Assembly: GCA_024690405.1 (NCBI GenBank)
Contig: JAILCU010000117.1
Coordinates: 253 to 64,252 of the forward strand
Direction of reading: 5' to 3'
DNA: 64,000 bases
Origin: Bacteroidales bacterium
Lineage (GTDB): Bacteria > Bacteroidota > Bacteroidia > Bacteroidales > Bacteroidaceae
Shown: in pieces, positions 29,378 to 38,311 of the stretch
Layout of the letters: each line of letters opens with the position of its first letter
Position numbering within the stretch: position 1 is the first letter of the stretch
Notes under the pieces: generated by a model
Database searches by the model: none
Seen by the model: only the letters and a program-made list of their open reading frames with translations
Told to the model about the DNA's origin: nothing
Position numbers and translations under genes: made by a program

Positions 29378-30007
29378 ATGAGAAAGTTGTTATTTATAAT
29401 AGGTCTCTGGCTGTCGATGGGTGCATTTGCCCAGTCGGCCGTATCCAAGAGCGAGCAGGAGCGCATCATCCGTGAAATCAACACTGCAGCACAAGCCATC
29501 CGCACGCTGCAATGTACGTTCGTTCAGACCAAGGAACTCAGCATCATGAACGACAAGATGGTGAGCAACGGCACGATGTCTTTTGCCCAGCCGAACAAAC
29601 TCTGCTGGCACTATACCTCGCCCTATGACTACACCTTCATCATCACCGGTGAAAAGGTGCTTATCGGTAAGGGTAAGAACCGCAACAGCATTGACCTGAA
29701 GAGCAGTCAGGCTTTTCAGGGCATTGCCAAACTGATAGCCGGAAGTGTGACGGGCAAGTGCCTCACACAAACCGATGAGTTTGATGTCAAAATACTGGCT
29801 GACAAACGCTATTACGTTGCCCAACTCATTCCAAAGACCAAGAGGTTGAAAAAGATGTTCAAGACCATCCGCCTCAACTTCAACCGTGCCAGCAGCACGA
29901 TGGAACGCGTGGAGATGATTGAAAACAGTGGAGACAACACCACAATCGTGTTCCAGGACGTGAAACAAAACCAAAGCATCAGTGAGAAGACATTTACTCT
30001 GGATTAG
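29378..30007 (+). CDS. LolA-like outer-membrane carrier protein
   Basis: A signal peptide is followed by the LolA-family pattern TLQCTFVQTKELSIMNDKMVSNGTMSFAQPNKLCWHYTSPYDYTFIITGEKVLI. Confidence 0.7.
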   Translation: MRKLLFIIGLWLSMGAFAQSAVSKSEQERIIREINTAAQAIRTLQCTFVQTKELSIMNDKMVSNGTMSFAQPNKLCWHYTSPYDYTFIITGEKVLIGKGKNRNSIDLKSSQAFQGIAKLIAGSVTGKCLTQTDEFDVKILADKRYYVAQLIPKTKRLKKMFKTIRLNFNRASSTMERVEMIENSGDNTTIVFQDVKQNQSISEKTFTLD

Positions 30008-30428
30008 TCTGTGCTTGTGTCTCTGCTCCCCCATCGTCAGGGCGCAGGTCACCTATCCCCTTCTGCTCTCAGGAGAGGAGCGGGCGACGTGGAATTTCAC
30101 GTTGGAGCGCGGGACAATGGTCATTACGGGAATCTGTCTTGCACGTCAGACTGAGCAGGGACTTGTGGGTTCTGTCGTCAACGAATTCGGCATTCATTTC
30201 TTCGATTTCACGTGCACCGACGACCGTGTGAAGGTGAGCAACGTCTTTTCCGCAATGGACAAATGGTATATTCGCCGCGTACTCAAGAAAGACCTCCGAC
30301 TGTTGGCTGCCAGCAAAGCATACAAGACAGGACGACGGCGCTCCCTGAGTTTGGCATTACCAGACTCCATGTCATTGCAGAATAATAAATATGGTATCAC
30401 CTATCGCTTCGAACGATTACAACAATAA
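29982..30428 (+). CDS. secreted protein of unknown function
   Basis: The 148-aa protein has the signal-like N-terminus LWISLCLCLCSPIVRAQ. Its GTG start overlaps the LolA-like gene by 26 nt, and the start is uncertain. Confidence 0.5.
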   Translation: MRRHLLWISLCLCLCSPIVRAQVTYPLLLSGEERATWNFTLERGTMVITGICLARQTEQGLVGSVVNEFGIHFFDFTCTDDRVKVSNVFSAMDKWYIRRVLKKDLRLLAASKAYKTGRRRSLSLALPDSMSLQNNKYGITYRFERLQQ

Positions 30429-30437
30429 AACGCCGCT

Positions 30438-30812
30438 ATGATACTGATGAATGACTTTTTCAAGGTTCTCTCCGCCACGCAGGACGAGGCATCTTCCACC
30501 TACGAGATTGCGCTGAACCCTGAGCATTTTATCTACAAAGCCCATTTTCCAGGCAATCCCATCACACCGGGCGTTTGCCAATTAGGCATTGTTGAAGAGT
30601 TGCTGTCGCAGCAGACAGGCCAGCCCTTGCTGCTGTCTCATGTCAACAACATCAAGTATATGAGCATTATCTCGCCGCTCAACAGTCCGACCCTGCAAGT
30701 TCGCTTTTCGCGACTTCAACCTACAGACGACGGCTATAGCCTTCAAGTGCTGATGGCCAATGAGCAAGCCTCGTTCACCAAGATGTCCCTGCAATTCACC
30801 CGTAAGGTGTAA
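30438..30812 (+). CDS. FabZ/FabA-like 3-hydroxyacyl-ACP dehydratase
   Basis: The catalytic motif AHFPGNPITPGV matches the FabZ HFPxxPxxPGV pattern. Confidence 0.75.
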   Translation: MILMNDFFKVLSATQDEASSTYEIALNPEHFIYKAHFPGNPITPGVCQLGIVEELLSQQTGQPLLLSHVNNIKYMSIISPLNSPTLQVRFSRLQPTDDGYSLQVLMANEQASFTKMSLQFTRKV

Positions 30813-30839
30813 ATACATTATCCAATCACTGTTCCGAAT

Positions 30840-31589
30840 ATGCGCATCACCCTTCTCATACCCACCTATAACAACGCCACTACGGTTTGCGAAGTCATCC
30901 GTCGTGCCACTGCGGTATGGGAAAACGTGATGGTCGTCAACGACGGCAGCACGGACGACACCCTAACCCGATTGCAGGCATTAAGGGAAGAGTTGACTTT
31001 CGAGTTGGTCTCTTACACTGGGAACCGCGGTAAAGGGGGCGCCTTGAAAGCGGGATTCCGCCGTGCCAAAGAGATGGGCTTCACTCATGTGCTGACCCTT
31101 GATGCCGACGGACAGCACTATCCCGAGGATGCACCGCGCCTTATCGAAGCGGGTGAACAGAATCCCGAAGCCCTTATCGTCGGTAGCCGTTCGTTCGAAG
31201 ACAAGAATATGCCAGGCGGTAACGTCTTCGCGAACAAATTCAGCAACTTCTGGTTCACGGTGCAGACCTTACAAAGCATCCCTGACACCCAAACCGGTTT
31301 CCGCCTATATCCCCTCGCACACATTGGAGGGTTAAGCGTACTCACCTCCCGCTACGAAGCGGAGTTGGAGTTGCTCGTCTTCAGTGCTTGGCGCGGCACT
31401 AAGATTATCCCTGTCACGGTGCGGGTCTACTATCCTTCTCCCGAGGAGCGCGTGACCCATTTCCGTCCGACATTGGATTTCTTGCGCATCACCGTTCTCA
31501 ATACGGTGTTATGCCTGTTGGCCATCGTTTATGGTGGTCCGCGCATGCTGATCAATAAGATTATAAAACTGTTTCATCGCCCATCCTGA
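30840..31589 (+). CDS. family 2 glycosyltransferase (DPM1/ArnC-like, with a C-terminal TM helix)
   Basis: It has IPTYNN, VVNDGSTDDT and LDADGQH (DxD). The C-terminal hydrophobic segment is VLNTVLCLLAIVYGG. Confidence 0.85.
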   Translation: MRITLLIPTYNNATTVCEVIRRATAVWENVMVVNDGSTDDTLTRLQALREELTFELVSYTGNRGKGGALKAGFRRAKEMGFTHVLTLDADGQHYPEDAPRLIEAGEQNPEALIVGSRSFEDKNMPGGNVFANKFSNFWFTVQTLQSIPDTQTGFRLYPLAHIGGLSVLTSRYEAELELLVFSAWRGTKIIPVTVRVYYPSPEERVTHFRPTLDFLRITVLNTVLCLLAIVYGGPRMLINKIIKLFHRPS

Positions 31590-31596
31590 CATTCTG

Positions 31597-34500
31597 ATGA
31601 ATCCCTTTATCTGGACATATAATCATCTTTCGCCACGTCGCTGGTTAGCCCTGACCCTCTGGTTAGGCGCCTTGGCTGTGTCGTTGGTATTGTCCTCCCG
31701 GATTCACCTGAAAGAAGACATCGGTGATTTTCTCTCTACCGATTCCACGAGCACACGTTATATGTCGGTGTTCCAACAGATTGGCGGACAGAATCGCATC
31801 GTTGTCGTGGCATCGTCCGATGAGAGCGATGCCGAAGCCCGCGCCGACACCATCAAGGCGGCCCTCGCTGATTTCACGATGTTTTTATCCGATGCAGATA
31901 CGGCACAGGTGATTAAAGACGTCTCCATTCAAACCGATGAAGAAGCGTTTGCAGAAATGCTCGATTTCATCGTGGATAATGCTCCTTTGCTGCTCACTAA
32001 GGCCGACTTGCAGCGAGCCGACAGCCTGCTCTCTTCGCCGACTTATGTCCACGAAGCGCTGGAGCAGAACCGCCAGATGCTGCAGTTCCCCACCGGTGGA
32101 TTCACGGAACTGACCGTCCGTAAAGACCCGCTACATCTGTTCACGCCCCTACTGACACGTCTGCAGACACTCCGCGGCAACAACAACTATACGCTCGACG
32201 AAGGCTATATCTTTACTCCCGATCACCGTGCCGGCATCGGTTTTATTACCAGCCCGTTCGGAGCGAGTGAGAGCGGGCAAAACCGCGCGCTGAAAGAGTT
32301 GCTTGAAAAAACAGCCGCAACGACCGCCAGTGCGCATTCCTCTGTCCACGTGTCCACGATTGGAGCCCCGCTGATTGCCGTCACAAATGCCGACCAGATA
32401 AAGACCGACGGCCTTATCGCAGGACTGCTCAGCATCCTGCTGATTGCCCTCATCCTCTGGTACGTTTTCCGGCGTGTCAGCGATATTATGTGGATGGTGC
32501 TCTCCATCCTGACCGGCTACACGATTGCCTTGGGCGTGATGAGTTTATACCACCACGAACTTTCGGTCATAGTCCTGGGCACCGGTTCCGTACTGATTGG
32601 TATCGCAGCCAACTATCCCCTTCATTATCTCGACCACCGCCGCCACGAGCACGACGAACGCAAGGCACTGTCAGATATGGTACCTCCACTTCTCACTGGC
32701 AATATCACTACGGTGAGTGCCTTTGCATGCCTGGCCTGGATGGACTCCGAGGCGATGCGCGATTTAGGCGTTTTAGGCGCTTTGGTACTGATTGGAACCA
32801 TTTTATTCGTGCTCACCATTCTGCCCGTATTGGCTGCAAAACACAGACATCCGTCAGCACCAGATACCGCAAGCTCGTCTGAAACAATTCCTGTCAACGA
32901 AAAAGCGGCGACAAAAGAAGAAGTCACGACAAACGAAAATGCTGATGAAACAAAGGACTTCACTCCATATCGTCCCGAAGCCGCGACTTCCCCTGTTGCC
33001 GCCAAGCGCTCCCTTTGGTCACAGCGTCTCTTGCAGATCAGCCGTTCCCCGTGGTTCTTCCTTCTGATGGTTGCCATCACGTGCGTCTTAGGCTATTTCA
33101 GTTTGCAGACTACTTTCGACACCAACCTGCAGCACATTAATTATATGACCACTGAGCAGCGCGAACATTTGTCGCTACTCAACGTTGGTCTGGAGACAGC
33201 CACTGGCAATGAAGTGCTTTCTGTCTCCGAGGGTATGACGGCCGAAGAGGCACTGATGAATGCCGAAAAGATGAACGACAGCCTCACGTCAACAGGCCTT
33301 CAGGTGCGCAGTCTGAGCGGACTGATGCCTTCTCAGCACCTGCAGCAGGAAAACATTGCACGATGGAACGAGTTTGTCAGCCGTCATCGCCAGACACTCA
33401 CAGACCAACTGCTCACAGAAGGGCACGCCCTCGGCTTCAGCGGACATGCCTTCGAACCTTTCCTCACCCTGCTCGATACCTCTTGGGAGCCACAGGATGC
33501 AGACTTCTTCAAGCCCATTGAAGCCGTTATCGGGGCACCGTTCATATTAAGAGGCGAAGACACAGCCCCCCTGCGCGTAGTATCCTACATCCAGTCTGCA
33601 GAGCCGATGGCCGAGGCCGAAAAGCAACAATGGAGAGAACGTTTTGCGCATCTCGGGTTCGTTTTTGACAATCGCGACGTACAAACGAGTTTGTCCACGA
33701 CCCTCTCAGACGACTTCAACTATATCGGTTTCGTCTGCGGTTTCGTGGTATTCTTCTTCCTATGGCTCTCCATGGCCAGTCTGGAATTGAGTCTGATGTC
33801 TTTCCTGCCATTGGCCGTTGGCTGGGTTTGGATTTTAGGCATCATGCAGTTGCTCGGGATTCAGTTTAATATCGTCAACATCATCCTGGCCACTTTCATC
33901 TTCGGCCAGGGAGACGACTATACCATTTTCATCACTGAAGGTCTGGTGCATGAGCACACCTACGGCCGACCGGTGCTGAAAAGTTACAAGAACAGCGTCG
34001 CACTATCCGCTTTGCTGATGTTCATCGGTATCGGTTCACTGATCATTGCCCGCCATCCGGCAATGCGTTCTCTGGGCGAAGTCGTCATCGTAGGCATGGC
34101 AACGGTGGTGCTGATGGCTTTCTACCTGCCGCCGCTCATCTTCCGTTGGATTACCACTGAAAACGGTAAATTACGCGAAGTGCCCCTCACGCTTGAGCGC
34201 ATTGCCTTCACCGTCTTTGCCTCGGTTTTCTACCTGATTGTTGCCAGCATCTACCAGATTTTCGCCTTCCTATGGAGTCACATAGGTCGCTATACCAAAG
34301 CCCGGAAACTCTTTTTCCATCGCACCCTCTGCCGAATCTCCCGCTTCTGCATTGAGCATGTACCCGGCACCACCTTCAGCGTCCGCAATCCCTATGGCGA
34401 GACACTTGAGCGACCGGCCATCATCGTGGCCAACCATCAGTCACAACTCGACCTGATGGCAGTGCTGAGCATCTCGCCCAAAGCCGTCATTCTCACCAAG

Positions 34501-35214
34501 GAATGGGTGTGGAAGAATCCCCTCTACAGCCTCATCCTCCGTGCGGCAGAATTCTATCCCGTAAGCGAGGGCGTCGACAATATCCACTACCGCGTGGCAG
34601 ACCTCCTCCGTCGCGGTTATAGCGTCATCACTTTCCCCGAAGGTACCCGCTCCAAGGATTGCCAGATACATCGTTTCCATCAAGGCGCTTTCCATATGGC
34701 CAAGGAACACGGCGTTGATATTCTGCCCATTTTCCTGACGGGTCTCGGCCACGTCCTGCCCAAGGACGAACTCGCGTTCCGCCGCGGACAGATGCACATG
34801 GAAATTGGCAAGAGAATGACACCGGAGGAATTTGAGCAGACAGACACACGCACACTCACACACCAGTTCCATCATTTATTCATTGAAAAGTACGCAGCAT
34901 TGCGGCGAGAACACGAAAAGACTCTGGCCGTCTTGCCTTATGTGCGTTATCAATATATATATAAGGAAGTGGGGGTGAAACGCGAAGCACTCCGACGCCT
35001 CAAGGAAATCAAAGCAAAGGCTGCGGAAATCGATGCTTGGAGCGAGGGCTGCGAGCGTACCATCGAACATTGCGGGCAAGGCGAACTGGCCTTTGTCTTC
35101 GCATTAGTGCACCCCGACGTGCAAGTGGTTGCCACCGACCCCGACCCAGACAAGATTGCTGTGGCACAAAACGTCAATATCCATCTCAAGAATCTCCGGT
35201 TCGAAGTGTCATGA
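31597..35214 (+). CDS. trifunctional fusion: MMPL/RND-type exporter, PlsC-type acyltransferase and a class I methyltransferase-like tail
   Basis: The 1205-aa protein has two blocks of TM helices separated by a soluble loop (aa 1 to about 880). The acyltransferase motifs are NHQSQLD (HX4D, 34435-34452) and FPEGTRS (34633-34653). The tail is CGQGELAFVFALVHPDVQVVATDPDPDKI, which resembles SAM motif I. Confidence 0.8.
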   Translation: MNPFIWTYNHLSPRRWLALTLWLGALAVSLVLSSRIHLKEDIGDFLSTDSTSTRYMSVFQQIGGQNRIVVVASSDESDAEARADTIKAALADFTMFLSDADTAQVIKDVSIQTDEEAFAEMLDFIVDNAPLLLTKADLQRADSLLSSPTYVHEALEQNRQMLQFPTGGFTELTVRKDPLHLFTPLLTRLQTLRGNNNYTLDEGYIFTPDHRAGIGFITSPFGASESGQNRALKELLEKTAATTASAHSSVHVSTIGAPLIAVTNADQIKTDGLIAGLLSILLIALILWYVFRRVSDIMWMVLSILTGYTIALGVMSLYHHELSVIVLGTGSVLIGIAANYPLHYLDHRRHEHDERKALSDMVPPLLTGNITTVSAFACLAWMDSEAMRDLGVLGALVLIGTILFVLTILPVLAAKHRHPSAPDTASSSETIPVNEKAATKEEVTTNENADETKDFTPYRPEAATSPVAAKRSLWSQRLLQISRSPWFFLLMVAITCVLGYFSLQTTFDTNLQHINYMTTEQREHLSLLNVGLETATGNEVLSVSEGMTAEEALMNAEKMNDSLTSTGLQVRSLSGLMPSQHLQQENIARWNEFVSRHRQTLTDQLLTEGHALGFSGHAFEPFLTLLDTSWEPQDADFFKPIEAVIGAPFILRGEDTAPLRVVSYIQSAEPMAEAEKQQWRERFAHLGFVFDNRDVQTSLSTTLSDDFNYIGFVCGFVVFFFLWLSMASLELSLMSFLPLAVGWVWILGIMQLLGIQFNIVNIILATFIFGQGDDYTIFITEGLVHEHTYGRPVLKSYKNSVALSALLMFIGIGSLIIARHPAMRSLGEVVIVGMATVVLMAFYLPPLIFRWITTENGKLREVPLTLERIAFTVFASVFYLIVASIYQIFAFLWSHIGRYTKARKLFFHRTLCRISRFCIEHVPGTTFSVRNPYGETLERPAIIVANHQSQLDLMAVLSISPKAVILTKEWVWKNPLYSLILRAAEFYPVSEGVDNIHYRVADLLRRGYSVITFPEGTRSKDCQIHRFHQGAFHMAKEHGVDILPIFLTGLGHVLPKDELAFRRGQMHMEIGKRMTPEEFEQTDTRTLTHQFHHLFIEKYAALRREHEKTLAVLPYVRYQYIYKEVGVKREALRRLKEIKAKAAEIDAWSEGCERTIEHCGQGELAFVFALVHPDVQVVATDPDPDKIAVAQNVNIHLKNLRFEVS

Positions 35215-36704
35215 AGAAATGCGTCATCATAGGCAGCGGCCTCGGAGGCCTCTCTACGGGTGTCATTCTGGCACGCGAAGGGTTCGACGTGACCATCCTC
35301 GAACAGGAAGCGCAGCCCGGAGGTTGCCTGCAATGTTTCCAGCGACGCGGTGTCAAGTTCGAGACTGGCATGCATTTCATCGGCAGCGCCCAACGCGGAC
35401 AGACGCTGAACCGCTTGATGCGCTATCTCGAGATTGACGATATCGCGCTGCAGGCCCTTGATACGCAAGCCTACGACATTGTCCGCTTAGGCAACGATGA
35501 GTTTCGTTTCCCCAATGGAACCGAGGCCTTCATCGAGCAGATGAGCCGGTATTTCCCGCACGAGCGAGAAGGTATTGAAGCATACATTAATTGCGTGGAG
35601 AGCGTTGCCCAGGCCTCGAGTCTGCACACCCTCAACCTGGAGAATGCAGACAGCGCTATCAGCACGGAATATCAGTTGCGGAGCATCAACGAAGTCATTG
35701 AGAGTCACATTCAGGACCATGTCTTGCGCGATGTGCTCGTGGGGAATCTGCCTCTCTATGCGGCCCAACGCGACAAGACGCCTTTCTCCACCCACGCCTT
35801 CATCGTTGATTTCTATAATCAAAGCAGTTTCCGCGTTACGGGCGGCAGCGACCTCATCGGACTGGCACTGCAAAAGAGGTTGGAGCACCACGGAGGACAT
35901 CTGTTCACACATCAGAAGGCGGTGAAGATTCACGACGACGGTCAGCGGGTGACAGGCGTTACCACTGCAGATGGCAACTACTACGATGCCGATATCGTTG
36001 TCAGCGCCATTCATCCGGTGCCAACCCTGGCGATGACCGACAGCCCGCTCATCCGTCCTGCCTTCCGCCGGCGCATGAACCACTTGCCCAACACCATCGG
36101 CATTTTCGCGGTTTACCTGCATTTCAAGGAAGGCCGTATGCCTTATCTCAACAGCAATTACTATGGCTACCGCCCAGGTGTCTCACCTTGGGACAGTGGG
36201 GAATATACCCTCGCCGACTGGCCACGTGGATACCTCTATATGCATCTCTGTCACCAAGCACAGCCCCGATATGCCCGTGCCGGTGTCATCCTCAGTTATA
36301 TGAGATTCGAAGAGATGGCGCCATGGGTGGGCACGGAAGTGGGCCATCGCGGAGCCGATTATGAACAGTTCAAGCGCCAGCGTGCCGAACGTCTCATTGA
36401 CGCGGTGGGCAAGGCTTTCCCCACGCTGCGCGACAGCATAGAACATTATTATACATCTACGCCGCTCACCTATCTCAACTATACAGGCACACCCGAGGGC
36501 AGTGCCTATGGTATCGCCCGCGATATCTCATTGGGCGTCTCATGCCATGTCCCCCAGCGGACCAAACTGCCCGGTCTGTACCTGACAGGACAAAACATCA
36601 ACTCACATGGTATCCTGGGAGTATTGGTGGGCACGGTCGTTACCTGCTCCGACCTCCTTGGTACAGAGTACCTTTATCAGCAGATCATCAAAGCGAATTT
36701 ATGA
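35211..36704 (+). CDS. FAD-dependent oxidoreductase, phytoene desaturase (CrtI)-like, copy 1
   Basis: The Rossmann motif is KKCVIIGSGLGGLSTGVILAREGFDVTILEQ...GG. The C-terminal CrtI-like motif is LPGLYLTGQNINSHGILG. It has an ATGA overlap with the upstream gene. Confidence 0.8.
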   Translation: MKKCVIIGSGLGGLSTGVILAREGFDVTILEQEAQPGGCLQCFQRRGVKFETGMHFIGSAQRGQTLNRLMRYLEIDDIALQALDTQAYDIVRLGNDEFRFPNGTEAFIEQMSRYFPHEREGIEAYINCVESVAQASSLHTLNLENADSAISTEYQLRSINEVIESHIQDHVLRDVLVGNLPLYAAQRDKTPFSTHAFIVDFYNQSSFRVTGGSDLIGLALQKRLEHHGGHLFTHQKAVKIHDDGQRVTGVTTADGNYYDADIVVSAIHPVPTLAMTDSPLIRPAFRRRMNHLPNTIGIFAVYLHFKEGRMPYLNSNYYGYRPGVSPWDSGEYTLADWPRGYLYMHLCHQAQPRYARAGVILSYMRFEEMAPWVGTEVGHRGADYEQFKRQRAERLIDAVGKAFPTLRDSIEHYYTSTPLTYLNYTGTPEGSAYGIARDISLGVSCHVPQRTKLPGLYLTGQNINSHGILGVLVGTVVTCSDLLGTEYLYQQIIKANL

Positions 36705-38218
36705 AAAATGTGATTATCATAGGAGGTGGATTCGGAGGTCTTACGACCGGTGCCCTGCTGGCCCATGAAGGCTTGCACGTCACTGTCATCGAGAAGAACC
36801 ATGAAATCGGCGGTGGGCTGCAGAGTTTCACACGCCACGGCATCCATTTCGAAACAGGTATGCACATTCTCGGCGGATTGTCGGAGGGCGGTTCGGTGCG
36901 TCGTATTTTCGAGTACCTGGGCATTATGGACAAAGTGTGCATCAAGCGCTGCGACCTCGATTGCATGGATGAAGTCACCTATCTCCGCACCGGCGACCAC
37001 TATCAGTTGCCTCAGGGACGCGAAGCCTTCACCGAGGCTTTGTGCCGCTATTTCCCTGCCGAACGCGAAGGCATTCATCGCTACTTACAGGCTTGCTACG
37101 ACCTCACCGAGGAAGTGGATATCTTCTATTTGCGTCCAACGACCAGTGTCTTCTCAGCCCATAGCGAACGCTTCATGCAACCGGCCGACGAGTTTATCGC
37201 CGATTTCATCGAAGATCCGCGACTACGTGACCTCCTGGCGTATATGAATCCCATGTACGGAGGTGTGAAAGGCCATACGCCGGCTTATATCCATGCACTC
37301 ATCAATGTGCTGTACATCGGCGGCCAATACCATTTCATCGGCCGCAGTCAGCACTTGGCAGAACTCCTGGCAGACGTCATCCGCAAGAACGGCGGCGAAG
37401 TCATCACCGGGAAAGGGGTCAAGAGCATACACGTCGAGGACAAGTGCGTCACTGACGTTGAAACTACCGACGGCACGCACTTTCAAGGCGATTACTATAT
37501 TTCATCCATACACGTCAAGACGCTGCTGCCATTGCTCACGGACGGTGCCCTGCCACGAGGTTATGTCAACCGATTGACCGACGCGCCCGTCACCTATTCC
37601 GCCTTTATTCTCTACCTCGTCTTCAAGCCTGAGACCTTCCCCTACATCAACCATACAGGCTACATCCAGGACGACTACGGACAGATATGGACCCACGCGC
37701 AATACGACGGCACCTGGCCCCGTGGCATTATGTTCCTTACGCCGCCAAGTGAACATCAAGGTCCGTGGGCAAAGCGAATGACGCTCAACTGCATTATGAG
37801 TTGGGACGAAGTGAAGCGATGGGAGCACACTCACATCGGTCATCGGGGCCGCGACTATGAAGCGTGGAAGCAAGAACAGGCCGAACGCATCATTGCCAAA
37901 CTCGAGCAACGTTTTCCGCAAATCCGTTCGTGCATCGATACTTATTACACAGCCTCGCCGCTCACCATCCGCGACTATTACGCATCACCCGAAGGCTCGC
38001 TCTACGGCTACAGCAAGGACGGTCTGGATACAGCCCGGACCCTGATTGCACCAGTCACCCGCGTCCGCAACCTCCTGCTCTCAGGACAATGCGTCAACCT
38101 CCACGGCATCTGTGGCGTTCCGCTCACGGCCATCAATACCGCCGAATGTATTTTCGGATTCAACAACATCGTGAACAAGATCAACGAAACGACCCTGCCG
38201 CACGACGAGAAAAAGTAA
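36701..38218 (+). CDS. FAD-dependent oxidoreductase, phytoene desaturase (CrtI)-like, copy 2
   Basis: KNVIIIGGGFGGLTTGALLAHEGLHVTVIEK...GGG is clearly paralogous to copy 1 along its whole length. It has an ATGA overlap with copy 1. Confidence 0.8.
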   Translation: MKNVIIIGGGFGGLTTGALLAHEGLHVTVIEKNHEIGGGLQSFTRHGIHFETGMHILGGLSEGGSVRRIFEYLGIMDKVCIKRCDLDCMDEVTYLRTGDHYQLPQGREAFTEALCRYFPAEREGIHRYLQACYDLTEEVDIFYLRPTTSVFSAHSERFMQPADEFIADFIEDPRLRDLLAYMNPMYGGVKGHTPAYIHALINVLYIGGQYHFIGRSQHLAELLADVIRKNGGEVITGKGVKSIHVEDKCVTDVETTDGTHFQGDYYISSIHVKTLLPLLTDGALPRGYVNRLTDAPVTYSAFILYLVFKPETFPYINHTGYIQDDYGQIWTHAQYDGTWPRGIMFLTPPSEHQGPWAKRMTLNCIMSWDEVKRWEHTHIGHRGRDYEAWKQEQAERIIAKLEQRFPQIRSCIDTYYTASPLTIRDYYASPEGSLYGYSKDGLDTARTLIAPVTRVRNLLLSGQCVNLHGICGVPLTAINTAECIFGFNNIVNKINETTLPHDEKK

Positions 38219-38311
38219 CATCAACAGATGAGCCAATCTGTCAAGGACCAGCCATCTGAAACATCATATTTTAGGAACCTTAAAATAAAAGAAACCTTAA
38301 GATAGTAAATT

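Noticed and set aside
38228-38305. 25-codon ORF (MSQSVKDQPSETSYFRNLKIKETLR) directly upstream of the B12 radical SAM gene, as a possible RiPP precursor
   Set aside because: ORFs this short arise by chance in AT-rich spacers. It has no Cys-rich or Ser/Thr-rich core and no recognisable leader motif, and the genomic context is polyketide/lipid. It is worth revisiting only if the peptide is conserved in homologous loci.
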